Positions 25,632 to 27,712 of a stretch of DNA of 27,712 bases are shown piece by piece. Position numbers and translations under genes: made by a program. This stretch comes from Candidatus Hermodarchaeota archaeon. Its GTDB lineage: Archaea; Asgardarchaeota; Thorarchaeia; Thorarchaeales; Thorarchaeaceae. How positions within the stretch are numbered: the stretch's first letter is position 1; each line of letters opens with the position of its first letter. Where the stretch lies: assembly GCA_048885865.1 (NCBI GenBank), contig JBHLLF010000033.1:1-27712 (forward strand), given 5' to 3'. The notes under the pieces are model-generated. The model was not told the origin of the DNA. It saw only the letters and a list, made by a program, of their open reading frames with translations, and ran no database searches.

Positions 25632-25674
25632 TCATCTCAATTGGCTCTTCAAGCGTTGAATTCTTATGAGATGA
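25632..25674. promoter_or_regulatory. Nested inverted repeat overlapping a CTTATGAGA TATA-like element
   Basis: TCATCTCA (25632-39) pairs with TGAGATGA (25667-74) and encloses TTCAA-gcg-TTGAA. CTTATGAGA at 25663-71 matches the motif seen before the STAND genes. Confidence 0.35.
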
Positions 25675-25724
25675 ATCTGCATTCTGTCAAATAGAATAAC
25701 GATTAGGTCAGTGAGATAGGGATA

Positions 25725-27712
25725 TTGACAGGTCAACCTTGCGACGAGCTGGTGCAGGCAGAAGAACTACTGAAGAATGGGGAATATAATCAGGCCCTCC
25801 AGATAGTACAATCCCTTTCATCCAATGAACTGATGCCTGCTGAAAGCCTCCATTGCTCTCTTCTTGAGTGCAAACTACGCATCAGGTTGGGTGATCTTGA
25901 GAAGGCCGGGCATGTTGCTGATGAGTCTTTAGAAGTTGCCAGGCAGCAGGAAAATGCGTTTATGATGCTTGACTTTCTTCTCATTAAGGTTGAGCTTGCG
26001 TGGCGTTCAGGAGAATTTGATGATGGCCTTTTGATGGTACCAGAGATTGAGAAGCAACTGAAACAATGGGATGTAAAATCAGATATTGATGAATCGGAAC
26101 TCCAGAGAAGAAAGGCGCAGCTCTCACGTCATTGTGGAATCCTCAATTGGTATAAGGGAGACCTAGATAGAGCAGGCGAGTATCACGAAAAGAGCCTCGA
26201 AGTATATCGTGAATTGGGCGATAAGCCAGGCGAAGCTAGCTCATTGAACAATATTGGCTTGGTGCAATGGTCCAAGGGAAATCTTGATGCTGCAGCTAAC
26301 TATTATGAAAAGAGCTTGTCAATCAGACGAGAATTAGGGATCCCCTATGAAATCGCTGTAATTCTAAACAATCTCGGAAACGTCTATGTAATGAAAGGTG
26401 ACTTAGAACGTGCATTAGATTATCATAATCAAGCTCTACACATTAGAGAAGAGCTGGACAATAAGCCGGATCTGGCAACCTCGTTGACAAACGTAGGATC
26501 CGTTTACCAGACAAGGGGGAGTTTGAACCAAGCGTTGGAGTGTTATCATAGGGCATTGAAAATCTATGAGGATATTGATGTTAAACAGGGCATGGCATTA
26601 GTTCTAAACAACTTGGGCAGTGCATATGAAATCCGAGGAGATCTTCCTCAGTCGCTTGATTATCAGCAAAGAAGCCTAGAGATTAAGAAAGAACTTGGAA
26701 ACAAACAAGAGATAGCTCTCTCACTCCTCAACATCGGTGGAATTCATCGCCAGAGGGGTGATTCGGAATTAGCTCTGGAAACCTTACAACAGAGCCTGGA
26801 ATTGTTCAAGGAATCAGGCAATGAGTCCTATACAGCTGCTGCAAATTATTTCATCGTAGCTATTGCAACTGAGAATGATGACCTTGAAGCCGCTGATGAT
26901 GCACTTCGTAATCTTAAGGAACTCAGTGAGGAAACCACCAACCCAGTCATTAGCCAGCGGTATCGAGTGGCCAAAGCAACCCGCCTGAAGGCAAGCAAAG
27001 GCGCTCGAAACAAACTTGAAGCTCAAGGAATACTTGCTAAGATTGTTCAAGAAGAAGTGGTTCAGCACACGCTCACTGTGACTGCGATGGTCCATCTTTG
27101 TGATTTGCTTCTGTTCGAGCTCAAAATGACAGGCGACGAAGAGCTCTTCGAGAGTGCGAAAGATATAGCACAGCAGATCATGGACATCGCCAAGTCTCAG
27201 ATGTCTTACTCCCTCCTTGTCGAGGTGTATATCCTTCAATCAAAATTCGCATTAGTGGAGCAGGACCTCGAAAAAGCTAGGATTCTGCTTTCACAAGCAC
27301 ATATTATGACTCAGGAGAAAGACCTCTATATCCTTGCTAGAAAAGTAGCTCACGAAAGAGATCTGCTGCAATTGGAGGTAGATAAGTGGCAGAAAATAAT
27401 AGAAAAGAATCCATCCCGAAAGGAAATGATTGACTTTGCCCAACTAGATGATTATCTCGAGCGCATGATCAAGAAGACAGTGGCAGTCCTTACTGCCGAT
27501 GAGAAGAAGGAGTTCGGCGATGAAGCAGTCAAGGAGAAGTACCGCCTAGCGTATTCCGACCTGCTCGAAGGAGCAGAGACTGTTGAAAAGAGTCAGTTTC
27601 GAGTAGGCATTGCTCAGATTGGACTCTCACAGAATGGAGACCTTCTCGGGGAGTATTATGAGGAATTTGGCAAAGGTCTCTTGGTAATTCAAAAAGATAG
27701 GATTGACGAGGT
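25725..27712 (+). CDS. Large TPR protein (MalT-like/TPR_12 repeats), truncated by the window edge; possible C-terminal carbon-nitrogen hydrolase domain
   Basis: Not in the ORF track because it has no stop. Manual translation from TTG 25725 is open to the end: MTGQPCDELVQAEELLKNGEYNQAL... It has ~40-aa repeats (SLNNIGLVQWSKGNLD, ILNNLGNVYVMKGDLE, SLTNVGSVYQTRGSLN, VLNNLGSAYEIRGDLP, SLLNIGGIHRQRGDSE) and ends ...SQFRVGIAQIGLSQNGDLLGEYYEEF... Confidence 0.88.
   Translation, partial: MTGQPCDELVQAEELLKNGEYNQALQIVQSLSSNELMPAESLHCSLLECKLRIRLGDLEKAGHVADESLEVARQQENAFMMLDFLLIKVELAWRSGEFDDGLLMVPEIEKQLKQWDVKSDIDESELQRRKAQLSRHCGILNWYKGDLDRAGEYHEKSLEVYRELGDKPGEASSLNNIGLVQWSKGNLDAAANYYEKSLSIRRELGIPYEIAVILNNLGNVYVMKGDLERALDYHNQALHIREELDNKPDLATSLTNVGSVYQTRGSLNQALECYHRALKIYEDIDVKQGMALVLNNLGSAYEIRGDLPQSLDYQQRSLEIKKELGNKQEIALSLLNIGGIHRQRGDSELALETLQQSLELFKESGNESYTAAANYFIVAIATENDDLEAADDALRNLKELSEETTNPVISQRYRVAKATRLKASKGARNKLEAQGILAKIVQEEVVQHTLTVTAMVHLCDLLLFELKMTGDEELFESAKDIAQQIMDIAKSQMSYSLLVEVYILQSKFALVEQDLEKARILLSQAHIMTQEKDLYILARKVAHERDLLQLEVDKWQKIIEKNPSRKEMIDFAQLDDYLERMIKKTVAVLTADEKKEFGDEAVKEKYRLAYSDLLEGAETVEKSQFRVGIAQIGLSQNGDLLGEYYEEFGKGLLVIQKDRIDE

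Noticed and set aside
1-27712. CRISPR array, tRNA/rRNA, IS element or integrase
   Set aside because: By eye there is no regularly spaced direct repeat, cloverleaf, transposase or recombinase ORF, and intergenic gaps are all under ~200 nt. No covariance-model search was run.

Overview
Gene-dense archaeal-type window. Gene families, GGAGG/GGGTGA ribosome-binding sites, TATA-like promoters and frequent TTG/GTG starts suggest an Asgard archaeon such as Thorarchaeota (inference, not verified). From left to right: (1) a minus-strand redox operon, read as PadR, FixC/GGR-like flavoprotein, FixX-like ferredoxin, VAO/GlcD-type FAD oxidoreductase, CCG-domain Fe-S protein and a second, truncated FAD oxidoreductase, with a perfect 20-bp palindrome at its promoter; (2) an uncharacterised membrane protein and a tandem PRC-barrel protein; (3) three tandem ~1,010-1,040-aa STAND NTPase-TPR (NLR-like) paralogs with conserved NTPase modules, diverged TPR regions, no N-terminal effector domain and one identically spaced upstream motif each; (4) an MFS transporter, a double-HTH Lrp/AsnC regulator, an amidase-signature amidase, a paralog of the first membrane protein and a helical-repeat protein; (5) a GNAT acetyltransferase fused to an SSB-like OB fold, a second Lrp/AsnC paralog, and a large TPR protein that runs off the window with a possible nitrilase-like domain beginning. 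No rRNA, tRNA, CRISPR array or mobile element was recognised. The best candidates for new biology are the effector-less NLR-like array and the GNAT-OB fusion.
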